64,000 nucleotides of DNA, taken from the NCBI GenBank assembly GCA_013239625.1, contig MU054323.1, forward strand, positions 124,001 to 188,000, given 5' to 3'. Source of the DNA: Lama guanicoe (lineage: Eukaryota). Under the pieces are notes generated by a model. That model did no database searches, was not told the DNA's origin, and worked only from the letters and a program-made list of their open reading frames with translations. Made by a program: the position numbers and the translations under genes. This document shows, piece after piece, positions 46,541-59,285 of the stretch (positions are counted from its first letter, which is position 1; the number at the start of each line of letters is the position of its first letter).

Positions 46541-47774
46541 GTCTGGACTGAGTTCATCTCTGCTCCTCCAACAAGGGCAGAAAGGAAACAGCATATGAGG
46601 CCTGATCTCATGCAATGGGGTTTCTCTGTAATTTGCATAAATAGACCCCTCGCCAGGTCCCACGCCCCCTGGGAGACCTGCCAGCTGCCTGTGACTTTCA
46701 GTGTCTGGAAAGGAAGCCCAGCTCAGCTGATCTTCAGGGAGTGAATCACCTCCCCCACAGAGTCCCTTTCTCACTGTGCTGGAGGGACAGAGCCGCTGTT
46801 GGCCATTTGAGTGGCCCGCCACACAGCAGAGTTCCAGCGCCGTCTGTGTGACCGCATGACATCATCCCCGAGATGATTTTCATCTTCCCGCATCTGCAGC
46901 CCCTGCAGGTGTCTTCCTTGTGCAGAGGGCGCTATCATCATTTCCACTTCACAGGTGGGAAATGGTCCTGGTCAGGAGACTAAAGACAAGGGCAGGGCAA
47001 GGTCTGGTGTCTCCAGACCAGCTCAAGGCTACCTCTCGATGCTGGCCTCTCCGTGACGCGGTTCGGGGCTCCAAAGCCCCAGAGAGCTTTCTTTGTCTTT
47101 TCCAACCAGCTATGGCCCAGATTAACATCTTCCTTTTCAGAATGTCCTTAAAAAAACATTTTAAACTCAAAAAGCTTCTGAGGGTCCTTACCTGAGCTTG
47201 TGAAAATCTTCCCCCTGTTCTTTCCTGGCTGAGCTGTTTGGATGACTGAAGCCCCCTCTTACATGCAGCTGTGCTGAGACGAGGTTTTCTGTGAGTGGAG
47301 CTCGTGGGTGTAATTAGCAACTCCAGGATGACTTTCTCCCGGTTCCCCAGTACCTCCTGCCCTGCCTCCCCTAAGCGAGGGTTTTGTGCATGAAAGTCTC
47401 TTTTTTTCGTTTTTGGACACTTGGGGGAAAGAAGGGTAGACAAATCTTGGCACCAAAAACAACCACCAGCCAAACCCTGTTATTCCTACTAATTAGGAAG
47501 GAATTCAGTTTGAGTGAGTGGTTCCCAAACTTGTCTGATGATGAAGCCCGCTTGATCAGAACCTTTCTGTGAGGAACCTGACAAACCTACATTTTAAAAT
47601 AAGAGTCCTTCTCCTCCAAACTTTTATCATGGAGTAAGACCCGGAGGGAAAAAATTTTGAGCTAGAGATTCAACTCATAGCGCCTTCATCTTGGAGTTGA
47701 GAGACACTTAAGGAATCTACACTAATGATTTGATAAAACTAAAATGTAAAGAACGCAGCGAATGTTAAACGTTC

Positions 47775-47960
47775 TTTGACAGCACTTATTGTGAGCCAGA
47801 TGTGATGCTTTATAAATATTTGCTCATTTAATTTTCAGAGAACCCAGCAGAGGCCCAGGGGATTAAGTCACTTGCCCAAGGTCGCACAGAAGTGGTAGAC
47901 CTGGACCTTGGACTGGGGCTATCTGGCTCCCGAGTGTTTGATCTAAACCCCTAAGCTATA
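47775..47960 (-). mobile_element. MIR SINE
   Basis: GAGGCCCAGGGGATTAAGTCACTTGCCCAAGGTCGCACAG. Confidence 0.7.
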
Positions 47961-49704
47961 TGTGTTTAAAAAAAAAATCTCTTTTCATTTGGCCACAGAG
48001 CAAACCTTCTCTTCCTAATCATTGTAAGTGATAGAACAGCTTCGTCTGCATGATTTCAAATCCTTTGCCGCTGGGGTCCAATTAGCGGTGCTGTTATTGT
48101 ACATGGAGCCCGATCTGACTTTCTCTTTTGATGGAAAAACATGCCCATTGTTATGGCAATCCCAAATGCCGCGTGAAAGCTTTAAAGTACAGATTTGAAT
48201 CCCTTTGTTTCTCACCCCAAATGTTGAAACAAACCTAAGAGCTCTGCTGATTCCTGACAGTTTCGAGTCTTTCCGCGTTTCAAATATTTCAGACCAGCTT
48301 GAGAGCAAACCCATGATAGTCTGCCTCTTTCTCTTGCACAGTTTATTTTTAAAGCATGCATCTGGCTGCTTTTTCGTTCCCCAGAAGGAGGAGGGAAATT
48401 GCTCCCCAAAAGGCGGGTGTTGAATGGAAACTACTCCCCAAGGTAAGAGGCAGCTCTGTCCGGGTCTAGTTCCTTAGTGGGTGCTGTCCCTTGACTGGTC
48501 TCGTCCCTCCACCTCCATCTGAGGGCTTCCAAGATCTTCCAAGAATCCTCAGACCTGCTGGGCTCCTTGCACGTGGACAGGACAGAAGATGTTGGTTCCT
48601 TGTATGTGTTCATCTTCCCGGAGGAGTCGTTCAGTCACCTAATCGTCCCTGGTCAGGTCAGATAGAGGACCCCTTTCTGGCTGAGGGCTCGAGGTCACAG
48701 TGCCATAATCATCGGCTCTGTGTTGGGTATGTGGGTGGATAGGCCACGAAGGAGGCATTATTAGCCTCCATTTAAAAAAACCAGCAACCGAGGCCGAGGG
48801 GATCTTAGGGTCCTCCATGCCCAAGGTCACACGGCTCACGAGAGCAGAGAGGGGGCTGGAGCTTCAGTTTGACACCAGCACTCCTGCTCACGGCACCACC
48901 CCATGAAGACAGGATTCATTCTTCTGCCTCGTTCCTAATGCTGCATCCTGGGTAGTCTCTGTAGGAGCAAATAAGCAGTGAAGTCCTGTGGGTCAGGCAG
49001 CTGGAGACTCTGTGCAGTCTGAAACTATGTGCCCTGATTATAGGTGTTGCTTCGGGATTTTCTTGGAGGTACCTGAGTCCCCAGAGAAGCACAAGGAGTG
49101 AAATTCACACAGCCTTTTGGGATCCCAAGTACACTTTCACCAATGGCCTTAATCAGGGATGATCAGGTGACCCTAAGCAGGCGGTTGATGTTAACCAGTA
49201 GGTTCTGTGCTTGCTAATTATCTTCCGCAAGGAGCTGGAGCCGAAAATTTTGGGCAGCAGGAGGCAAAACGGCTCCGGCTTGAGATTTGGTTCCATTCTG
49301 TGTCTTTTCTTCAAGTCTCAGATCTGCCACCCACTAGTGGTAGGCCCTGTGGCCTGTGACTGGCCCACACCAAGTCTCAACTTCTGCATCTGAAAGTTGG
49401 GGGTCACAGTCCGTCTGCACTGGGTGGTTTCAAGGACTGAATGACACAGCATAAAAAGCCCCAGGCAGTAGGAGGCATGTCCCCTCTGAGGGTCACTGGG
49501 AACCAGCCAGAGCATCCCCCACACTGGGGGACATTGTCCCCTTCTTGTCATTCCAAGGCCTCCTGCCTCCTGAGCTCTCTAGGCAGGTTCAATTCCCTTA
49601 ACTGTAAAATGGGGATAATAATATATAAACCAAGAGTCACCCTGCCCCTGGGCCCTCAACAACTCGAGCCTGCTCGGTCCCTGTCCTTTAAAATTCAAGT
49701 AGTG

Positions 49705-51230
49705 GTAGCTGCAGACTTTTTGTAGACGTCCTTTATCAGACTGAGGACGTTCCCTTCTATTTCTAATTTGCTAGGAGTTTTTAAATCAATGGGTGTTAAA
49801 TTTTGTCAAATGATTTTTCTTCAATTGATATATCACGTGGTGTTTCTTCTTTAGAAGGTTAACATGGTGGATTACAAAGATTGATTTTTTGAAAACAAAA
49901 TCAAACCAGCCTTTTACTTCCGGAGTAAATGCCTCTTGGTTGCTGTATATTATTCTTTTGAAACAGTGCTGGATGCAGTTTGTAAATATTTTGTGGAGGA
50001 CCTTTCGCATCCATGTTCAGAAAGGATATTAATCTCTAGTTTTCTTTTTACTTTTTTAATACCTTATCTGATTTTGATATCAGAGTAATGGAGGCCTAAT
50101 AATATGATTGGGGGTGGGGTTCCTTCTTTTTTATTTTCTGACAGACATTGTAGAATTGATACTATTTCTTCTTCAATTGTTTGGTAGAATTCTACAGGGA
50201 AATGATCTAACCTGGAGTTTGCTGCAGTTTTTTTCACAACTACAAAACAAATTCCTTTAGTAGTTATAAAACTATTCAGGTCATTTATTTCATCTCAGGT
50301 GAATTTTGTAGTTTGTGTTGTTTGAGGAATCGGTCCGTTTAACCTAAGCTGGAGAATTTATGTGTGCAGAGTTGTCCCCAGAACTCCTTTATCTTCTTAA
50401 TGCCTGTGATAGGTCTAGAGCTAGCCCCTCTTTTATTCCTGTTATTGATAATTTGTGCCTGTCTCTTACTGCCTTTATCAGTCTTGGTAGAGATTTACGG
50501 ATTTCGGTGATCTTTTCAAAGACCCAGATCGGTTTAACTGACTCTCTGAATTGCGTTCTGTTTTAATTCTATTGATTTCTGTTCTTGTCTTTATTATATT
50601 TTTTCTTCAGCTTGCTTTGGGTTTGTTTTTCTCATTATTATTTTTTTTATTATTATTATTAACTTATTTTTTTAGTTTCCTAAGGTGGAGGTTTAGATCA
50701 CTGATTTGAGATTTCTCTCTTTTTTTCATTTATAATTCATTTGATGCTATAAGTTTTCCTCTCACCACTGCTTTAGCTGCATAGTACAAATTCTGATATG
50801 TTGTATTTTAATTTATGCTTAGTTAAAAATATTTTCTTATCTCCCTTGATACTTCCTCATCGCCCATGGATTATTTCGAAGTATATTGTTTCATTTTCAA
50901 GTGATGGGAGATTTTTCTGTTATCTTTCTGTTATTGATTTCTAGTTTAATTCCATTATGACCAGAGAACACACCTCATACAACTTCAGTTCTCTTAAATT
51001 TGTTAAGGTTCTTTTTTAATGGCCCAGGGTACAGTACACCTTGGTGGATGCTCCATGTGAGCTTGAAAGGAATGTGTATTCTGTTGTTGGGTGACATGTT
51101 CTGTAAATGTCATTTACATCCATTTGGTTGACGATCTTGTTCAGTTCATTAATCTCCTAATTGGTTTTCTGTCTAATTCTACCTATTACTACCGAGAGAG
51201 GAGGCTTGAAGTCTCCTAGTGTAATCTTTC
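49705..51230 (-). mobile_element. Old L1 (L1M4/L1MB-like) ORF2 region, antisense, decayed
   Basis: T-rich antisense L1; ORF 49786-50010 (IQHCFKRIIYSNQEAFTPEVKGWF) is a degenerate RT-region remnant. Confidence 0.8.
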
Positions 51231-51639
51231 CACGCATCCTGTCCAGATTTTATAGTTGTTTTCACTGGGAGTAAGTATGCTCATTCCACATTATTCATAA
51301 CCAAAGTCCATTTGCCTCTCTATCTAAATCATGCCTGTGTCCACTGCTGATTGACTCGGGAGAGACATGTCCTAGTGATGAAACATCTGACTCCCTTCAT
51401 TTTCTGAGTGCCTAATCCTAAGGCAGGGTTTAAGAAGAACTAGTTGGGGGAGAGTGGGGTATTCAGGCTGCATCCAGAAAGGGAGTCCCTCCCACACATA
51501 AGAAGGGTCTAAGGGTTCACTGAGGAGTCTCTGCTGTCTCCTTGCCTTCCCACAGCAGGGTTCAAGGATCAGCAGTTTTAGATCTATGCTCAGCCAATTC
51601 TGAAAGTAGCTATATTATTACCATAGTACCATACCACAT

Positions 51640-52195
51640 CATTAACTATAGTCACCATGCTGTACATTAGATCCTCAAAAGTTATTCACCTTTTAACTGA
51701 GTACATTTTGCACCCTTTGACCTATATCTCTCCATTTCCCCCAACCCCTGGCCACTACTATTTTGCTCTCTGTTTCTATGAAATTGGCTTGTTTGTTTTT
51801 TTAAAGATTCCACAAATAAGTGATACCGTACAGTATCTGTCTTTCTGTGTTTGGCTAATTTCACTTAGCCTAAGCCCCTCCAATTTCATCTACGTTGTTG
51901 CAAACGGCAGGATTTCTTTCTTTTTTTACAGCTGAATAATATTTTATTGTATATATATATAGATACCAATGTCCTTTATCCATTCATCCATCAAAGGACA
52001 CTAAGGTCGTTTCCATGTCTTGGCTATTGTGAATAATACACAATGAACACAAGAGTGCAGACATCTCTTCAAGGTCCTGATTTCATTTCCTTTGGGTATA
52101 CTTCCAGAAGTGAGATTGCTGAATCATATCATAAGGTAGCTTTATTTTTAATTTTGAGGGGGCCCTATTTTCCATAATATCTTGTCCAATTTTAT
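51640..52195 (-). mobile_element. L1MA9-like 3' fragment
   Basis: ATTAACTATAGTCACCATGCTGTACATTAGATCC...AGATTCCACAAATAAGTGA...CCAGAAGTGAGATTGCTG. Confidence 0.8.
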
Positions 52196-52569
52196 TTTTT
52201 CAGAAATCTCTCACCTGTGGGGCCCTCCCAGATCACTTCTGAGATTCCCAAGCTTTTCCATCTTTCCCTATTTCCAAACCATTTCCATGTGCAACCACTA
52301 CCTGGAGGTCCCTGTCCCTCGAGGGAGCACATCAGTATTTCCAAGGATTGTCTGAGTGACCTTGAACTTCATAGTCTGAAAAAGCACCCCTTATCCTGAA
52401 AGGTGTTCTTCCTCTCTGTGCTTGGGGAAGAACCTCTGATTGAGTTCAAAACTTTTCATTTTACAGAGAGTGAAACAGGACTGAGATGGGGGGAAGGGAC
52501 CATCGAGAGGATTAGAACTGAGACTGGGATTTGGGATGTGGATTCTTTAGTACGAAATGAATCATGGTC

Positions 52570-52790
52570 AACAGTTACCGAGCACTTAGCCTATCCCATG
52601 ACAGTCTGCTAATCCCATTTGTGGATGAATTCCTGTATCTTCACAACACTCTAGGAGGCAGAGATCACTACCACTGAGCTCATTTCACAGATGAGGAAAC
52701 GGAGGCACCGACAAGTTTGGTGACTTGTGGGAGCTCATGCAGCTAGTGCACAGGGAAGCCGGGGTCAACCCAGGCACTCCAAGCTCCTCC
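52570..52790 (-). mobile_element. MIR SINE
   Basis: CATTTCACAGATGAGGAAACGGAGGCAC. Confidence 0.75.
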
Positions 52791-53399
52791 GTGCCTTTGC
52801 GCCCAGCCATGCACCTCTCCTGCTTTCCTTTCCGCCTCCCTGTTTCTCAGTGTCAGAATCCCTCTGACCAAATGAACAGCCTTTGATTTGCTTTGTTTTC
52901 CTTTTAAGGGCACCCGATCCGTCAGCAGGGGTTGCTCAGCACGAGTGATATTGACAAGGAGTGGCCAGTGCCTGCACACAGCCGAGTGCCTCCCTGCCCC
53001 CTGCCCCCGAGGGTCCTGCCCCCACCAAGGAAGGACCCTGACTGGGCCTGGTCTCCCATCCTACGGACCTGGCCTCCTTCCAAAGCCTACATCCTCTCAA
53101 GGTCTCGAGACCAGGAGCCCTTCCCAGCTCAGGCAGGACCTAGCTGAAGGGTGGCCTGGGGCAGGAATGACAATGCATCTAAAATTACCCCAGCTGAAGG
53201 CTGTGTGCCCTCCACCCTTCCTGCATTCCTCCCTGAGACTGGACCAGCCCAGAGACAGATCTCTGTGGATTTGGTGATTTATATTGAAAGTTGTGCTCCC
53301 AGCCTCTGGGTCTTCCTAGGCCAGAGTGCTGGGAGGGCTCCCTGGAAATACAGCGGGTGTGAAGCAAGCTTGCCAGGGGGACTGGTGCTCTGGCCCAAT

Positions 53400-53715
53400 G
53401 TCTTCTTTTGAGCTGCGGAGGGTTGTCTGGGCATCTGTGTTCCTTCGCCTTGGATCACATTTGCCTGGCTAACAGATGGTCTCCTAGATGCCCCTTCCTC
53501 CAGGAAGACTTCCTTGCATACCTCCCTTCTGAGTTGCATGCTCTTCTCCATCCAACGCTCACCCCTCATAGGACTTTTCAGGACTTTTCACTATCTGCGT
53601 GTTCATGAGTCTGTCTCTTCAAGTAAAGAGCGGGGTTCACTGTAGTATACCGAATCCCCAGCACAACACCCAACACATAAGACATGCTTAAAAGTGCTTG
53701 TTGAATTGACTAATT
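53400..53715 (+). mobile_element. L2 3' end
   Basis: CCTTCCTCCAGGAAGACTTCC...ATCCCCAGCAC...GCTTGTTGAATTGA. Confidence 0.65.
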
Positions 53716-53934
53716 AAAGCAAAGAAGTCAAGGGTGAAGACTGAGTAGTATGGTTTTCTTCATGCACTAGCTTTTGGAAATCCATACATTTAAAGAAATG
53801 AAGCGTTCCAATGATCAGGTGGCAACGAAGACACATGCTTTGTATCACCTGTTATTTCAGGAGTCGCAAACCCCGGCTGTTTCTGCAGGTATCTAAACTT
53901 GCTGAATGGGATGCTTGGGATAAAACTTTAGAAT

Positions 53935-54050
53935 GTCATTGCTAGCAGCACTCTGAGAGGGCTTTATCCCTCTGTTACAAAGAAGGAAGTGGAGGCTCAG
54001 AGAGGTTCAGTAACTTGCTAATGTCACACAGCCAGGAAATGGGAGGTTTG
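53935..54050 (-). mobile_element. MIR SINE fragment
   Basis: GAGGCTCAGAGAGGTTCAGTAACTTGC. Confidence 0.7.
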
Positions 54051-56036
54051 GGGCTATCTCGTTATTCATAAGGAGTGTGTGGCTCTTACCTTCATGGGAC
54101 TTTCATGTGGCATGGAAGGCACCCAGGTACTAAGACATGACATATTTCTGCGAAAAATACGGTGATAGAGGGAAGGGGAAAATTGCTGTGGGAGCCCAAG
54201 GGAAGAGGGAATTGACTGCCCAAGCATCTGCCACGTAGATGCACAGACTGGGGTGGGAGGTGAGGGGAAGAGTGTGTGGAAGTCAAGGAGGCGGGAAATG
54301 CGGGGCTTCTGGGGGACAGTGCCCCTACCTGCCTCCTGAGCAGCTACAGAGATGAGGTGAACACTTGGGAAGAGTTAACGTTGGCTTTTGCTGTTTCCCT
54401 AAAATGAGGTCACATCTGGCCACTGAACTGTCAGCGTTGCCAACCTTGCCTGTTCTCCCCGACAGCAATAAAAACTGGTCATCTCTTTTCACCCTCTACC
54501 ATCACACAAACCAAATTTCCTGAATGTCAGAATTTCTGGAAGTAGAAGAGCTTTGCTGAGGGGTGGAGAAGAGCTCTCCGGCTGGGTCTGTGGGCGTGTC
54601 CTGCTGGGCCACCTTCCCACCCCTCCAGGCAGTGCCTGTCCTTCCCTCTGTCCATCCATCCGTCCATGCATCCGTCCCGGCCAACTTGGCAGGTCGGGGC
54701 AGGAGCCTTCCCTGGCCTCTGCAGGCTCCCTCTGAGTGATGAATGCGCCCGGGGATTAGCAGACTTTAACCGGCCCTGGCGGTGCCAGGAGTGAGCGCAT
54801 TCCTGAAAGGCCAGAGCTGATGGCGGCCTTGGGGGGAGGGGAGGCTTCAGGGAGAGGGGAGGCTCCAGTTTGGGAGGGGATTCCTAACATTCCCAGGGAT
54901 GGGGGCAGAGTGCCTGGAGCCCTGATGGACAGACAGCTGAGAGAACAGGCCCAGACCAGGTGGGGGGTGGCGGCCTGGCCTCCCCCACCCCCCAGCGCCC
55001 TGGAATGTTATCTTCCCTCTAATCACCCACAGGCCAGGGAAGAAAGAGGGGGTGGCACCTGTGCTGTGTGCTTCTGAGAGGTGGCTCTTTCTGGATGGGG
55101 GAGGTGGGGAGGACAGCGGCCTAACGAGGTGGAAAGAAAGCCCTAGAGCTTCCTGAATCCCCCCCACGTGCACTGTAGTGGGAAAGGATGCCGATCCTAT
55201 GAGCTCCCTGTACAAGATCTTACAGCGACACCTCCTCCATCCCTCTATCTGGTGGCCAAGGAGTCCTCAGGCCTGGGACACAGACCAGAACTCTTGATTT
55301 ATTTTTTTCGGTTTCATAATCAAATATTCCTTCTCAGATACCCCTTGTCCTCAGTTTCCCCAACTCTAGAACTGAGAAGGTTGGATTCCTTTGTCTCTGA
55401 AGACCGTCCTGGTTCTGATGTCCTTGGACCCCGGACCACTTACAGGCGGTGACTGGTGAACAGGCCAAGAGGCGAGAGGGAATTGTGTGTCTTCCTGCTC
55501 TCCTCCTCTGGGGAAATTTTCTTTGGAAAATACTGGAGGGATGGAGCCCTTGAAATCTTTGGAACCTGAGCCCTGGAGGCTGCCAGGCACAGTGGACGCG
55601 TCAGGCGCACCCCTTGTGCACGCGGCTGAATCTCTGCGAGCATCCCTTCCTAACCTAGGCAACAGGGTGGCCGCGGTGGCCGCCCATGACGGATATCAGG
55701 CCGGGGCAGGTTTCCCCGATGCCCCGCCTCCCGGCCGCCCTACCGCCCGCTCGGGCTCGTGTGGGGCTCTAGTCTCTCGTAGGTCGTGCAGATCAGACAG
55801 GTTTCTTCTGTGGTTGTTCTTTCCCACAACGCGCTTCACCATCTAAATGGGGTATGCTTTTCACGTCTCTTAATACGTTGTATTAAAAACAAGTTTGCAA
55901 ATTGGAGAACAGGCCGTGGAAGACTGGGGATGTGAGATATTTCCCCGCCCTCCGCTGAGCCCCCGGGGACAGGACTGTGCCAGGGTGTCTGCACACACAT
56001 CTCCCTTCATTCTCGGGACAGCCCCCAAGCCAGGTG

Positions 56037-56522
56037 CCGGCACACCTCGTTGGACTCTAGGGCACTTTGCAGATGTTAACGATTATTACAGATTGAAGTC
56101 TGGTGGTAACCCTGTGTCGTTGAGTCTATTGGAGCCATTTTTCCAACTGTGTTTGCTCCTTTCATGTCTCTGTGTCACATTTTAGTTGTTCTCGCAATAT
56201 TTCAAATTTTTTCATTATGACTATATCTGTTATGTGATCGGCGATCAGTGATCTTTGATGTGACTGTTGCAAAAAGATTAAGACTTGTTGAAGGTTCAGA
56301 TAGGGTTAGCATTTGTTAGCAATCAACCATTATAAAATTAAAGTATGCACGTTGTTTTTTCAGACACAATGCTATTGCAGACTTAATAGCCTACTCTAGA
56401 GCGTGAACACAACTTTTATGTGCACTGGGCAACCAGAAAATTCACATGACTCACTTTATTGTGATACTGGATTTATCGAGGTGGTCTGGAGCCAGGCTCC
56501 CAGCATCTCCAAGATATGCACA
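56037..56522 (+). mobile_element. Internally deleted Tigger1 derivative (Tigger1a_Art-like) inside a MIR
   Basis: Ends CCGGCACACCTCG / CTCCAAGATATGCACA resemble Tigger1 TIRs; internal GATCAGTGATCTTTGATGT and ATGCTATTGCAGACTTAATAG; right flank TA; MIR halves at ~55960-56036 and 56523-56610. Confidence 0.8.
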
Positions 56523-57384
56523 TATTTCTCCCCATTTTATAGATGAAGAAACTGAGGCTGAGGGAGCTCAAGGTCACACAACTAGTATGAGGCAGAACCG
56601 GGGGCTCATTGTAGACGTGTGATGAGTAAGAACCATTCTCTTGTGGTTACACAATGATTTACTTAAGGACAATTGACCTGAACACATGAGTTGCTTTTAA
56701 ATTCTTAATATTCTAAATAATGCTGCCACGGTCATTTCCATACATTTATTCACGATATGTACAAAATGCAACTGTGTGCTTGGCAACGAGTTGGCTGCAC
56801 GATGTGCAAGTGTGTTTGTGTCAGTCACTGAGGGACTGGTCATCCTCTGTCTTTCTCCCTCCCCCGCTGTGTCTGTCACTGTGCCTTGAACACATAGCTG
56901 TCCTGAAAGTATCCATCATGCTTCAGAGACATCAGAGAGCCCAGTGGAGGCTGGTTCTACCTTTCTTCAGCTAGGAAGCTAAACACTGTATCTCTTGAGG
57001 GAAGCCGCCCTTGAATACTAGCTGGAAAAAAACCGACGGTGATTCATGGCACTGTCCCCATCAGAGCTTCCTGAAACCCTTCAAAGGAGCAGCATGTTAC
57101 ATGGGTGGTAATATCCCCATTACCTCATCTCCTTTGCTGTCCTCCTGTTTTTGGTCAAATCAAACAAAAACAAAACATTGGCCAACACTATCCTCAGGGG
57201 CTGTTCTATATTAAGATGAGCAATTGTGAGGAAATCTAAAATTAGCTTGGCGTTAATCAGGTCCTGTTGCCAACATGGATGAGTAAGTTTTCAACTGCAC
57301 AAGTCGTGAATCCTGACAGTGCTCTTGGGGGCAGTGCTCCGTGGACGGAGTGCAGTGCTGGGACATCATACGCCTATGGACACT

Positions 57385-57580
57385 GGCAGGAAGGCACCAG
57401 CTTTAGAGTCAGGCAGCAGGGTTTGGATCCTGGCCCCTACCTTCACTAGCTTCAAGTCCAAGGGCAGTCTTCTTAGCCTCTCTGAGCTTCAGAGGGGCTG
57501 AAAGCACCTATGTCATGAGGTTGCTGTAACAATTCAGTAAGATAATGTATATAAAGGTGGTCCTAGCATAATCCTGAAGC
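57385..57580 (+). mobile_element. MIR SINE
   Basis: GCTTTAGAGTCAGGCAGCAGGGTTTGGATCCTGGC...CTTAGCCTCTCTGAGCTTCAG...GATAATGTATATAAAG. Confidence 0.7.
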
Positions 57581-58226
57581 AATGGTTCCTCTACCAAGGC
57601 TGTGGTTCTCTACCCAACTTACAACAGCAGCCAGGGGACTGTCTCACCTTGGGTATCCGAGATCGTCTCCTTCTGTGCACGTCCAGCACCAGCCCAACAT
57701 GCTAGAAGTCCCCATTTCTACCTAGCCAGTAGGGCAATTTGATCAGCACTCTGCTTAGCTGGGGGTCAGATGTAGGAGTCTCTCAACTCCATAGCATGGC
57801 CATCACACCGGAAGTAAGCAGGAAATGCACCTGGGTGGCAAGGGAAGTAATTTCTGGCGAGGACTGTGTTCTTCCACGGAATAGACAGGGCCAACCTCGG
57901 GCTTTCCTGTGAGAGTTTGGTGGCACAGAATTCTGCGTGGAGTGAAAATGATTGACTCAGTCATGTTGGGTGTCTGATTTCTTCTGGAAAACCTAATAAC
58001 TCCCCCCTTGTTAGTGGGAATAATGGTTCAGAAGGGCTGAGGACACATTGAGAGATGGAACAGAGAAGCAGTAGCTGCGGGAAGTGGTGCTGGAGAAAAA
58101 AATGGAATTAAGTCACTGGAGACAAGGTGGGGGCAGTGAGTACAGGGACACCTGGGCTCATAGAACCTGCTGTTTTCAGAGGACATCAGTAGATCACAGT
58201 CTGTTTAAAGTCACTGACGTTGCATG

Positions 58227-58741
58227 CATTACCGAGTCCAGGCTCCTACTGCTTACCACACAACAGGCCAGTAAATCTAGAGACAAGGTGTTGGGGCAAG
58301 GAAAAGCAACTTTAATCCGAAAGCCAGCAGACTGCAAAGATGGTGGACTAGTGTCCCAAAGAACCATCTTAACCCAATTTAGAATTCAGGCTCCTTTTGT
58401 ACTAAAAGGAGAGGGGCTGTGGCAGGTTGTTGCAAACTTCTTGGTGCCAGAATCCTTTGTTCTTGCAGCTTTCCACATAGATCAGGTCATGATGTTCCTG
58501 TAAACCTTCAACAAGACAATTGTTTTCTGTTCTGCAACTTTTTATCTCTATTCAAGTGGAAAAGAGTTATACTTTTAGAGGTCAGAGCCTTGAGAATGGA
58601 CTGTCCTGTGGATTTCAGGCTCTAGGCAGCATCCTTTTACAAGGGTGCAGAACCAGCAGGGCTAAGCACAGGAAACAGCACAAAAGTTAGGGCTAAAGGC
58701 ATGGATCCAATATGGAGTCAGGTTTGTTCTTTTCCGTTACA
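58227..58741 (-). mobile_element. ERV1 solo LTR (MER41-like cetartiodactyl family)
   Basis: Minus strand starts TGTAACGGAAAAGAACAAACCTGACTCCATATTGG; ATTAAA poly(A) signal near its 3' end; 4-bp TSD CATG (58223-58226 / 58742-58745). Family name from recall. Confidence 0.7.
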
Positions 58742-58954
58742 CATGTACTCTGTTAAAGAAGTCAGGAATGCTTATAATCCATTTTATACTCTCAACACAA
58801 ATGGCTAAAAATATAAAAGCTTATCACTTCAAGTGGAAAATGTCTGTAATCTGAAAGATTGGCTTTTGTGGAACAGTTTACTCACCTCACTCGTAGAGGA
58901 CAGGCGGTGGCCATAGAAAAGGTTTTCTCTGGTCTCAGAAAAGAGTAATAGCAT

Positions 58955-59062
58955 GGTGGGGCATGGTAGGGGGATCAGGGAAAATCTCTGTACCTTTCAT
59001 CCAATTTTGCTGTGAACCGAACACTGCTTTGAAAACTAAAGTCTACAAAGGAAAAAAAAAAG
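58955..59062 (+). mobile_element. Short L1MC-like 3' end
   Basis: GGAAAATCTCTGTACCTTTCATCCAATTTTGCTGTGAACC...AAAGTCTA + A tract; matches the element at 18845 in reverse. Confidence 0.7.
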
Positions 59063-59134
59063 GACTAATATGGGATGACACAGTTTGGTTTTTAATGTTT
59101 CTGTTTCTAACACTGAATAAGTGAATATATATCA

Positions 59135-59285
59135 CCATTGACTTCTGATGGGTGAGGAAATGTGCCTCTTTCTAAACCTCCATTTTCTTATCTGTAAAAT
59201 GGGGACAAAACCATCATGGATCTCCTAGGGCTGCAGTGAAGTTTAAACGAGACAGGATTATAAAGCCCTGGGCACAGCGCTCAGT
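59135..59285 (+). mobile_element. MIR SINE
   Basis: CCTCCATTTTCTTATCTGTAAAATGGGGAC. Confidence 0.7.

Noticed and set aside
46631..46638. Octamer ATTTGCAT
   Set aside because: A single 8-mer is expected by chance in 64 kb; no snRNA or immunoglobulin promoter context.
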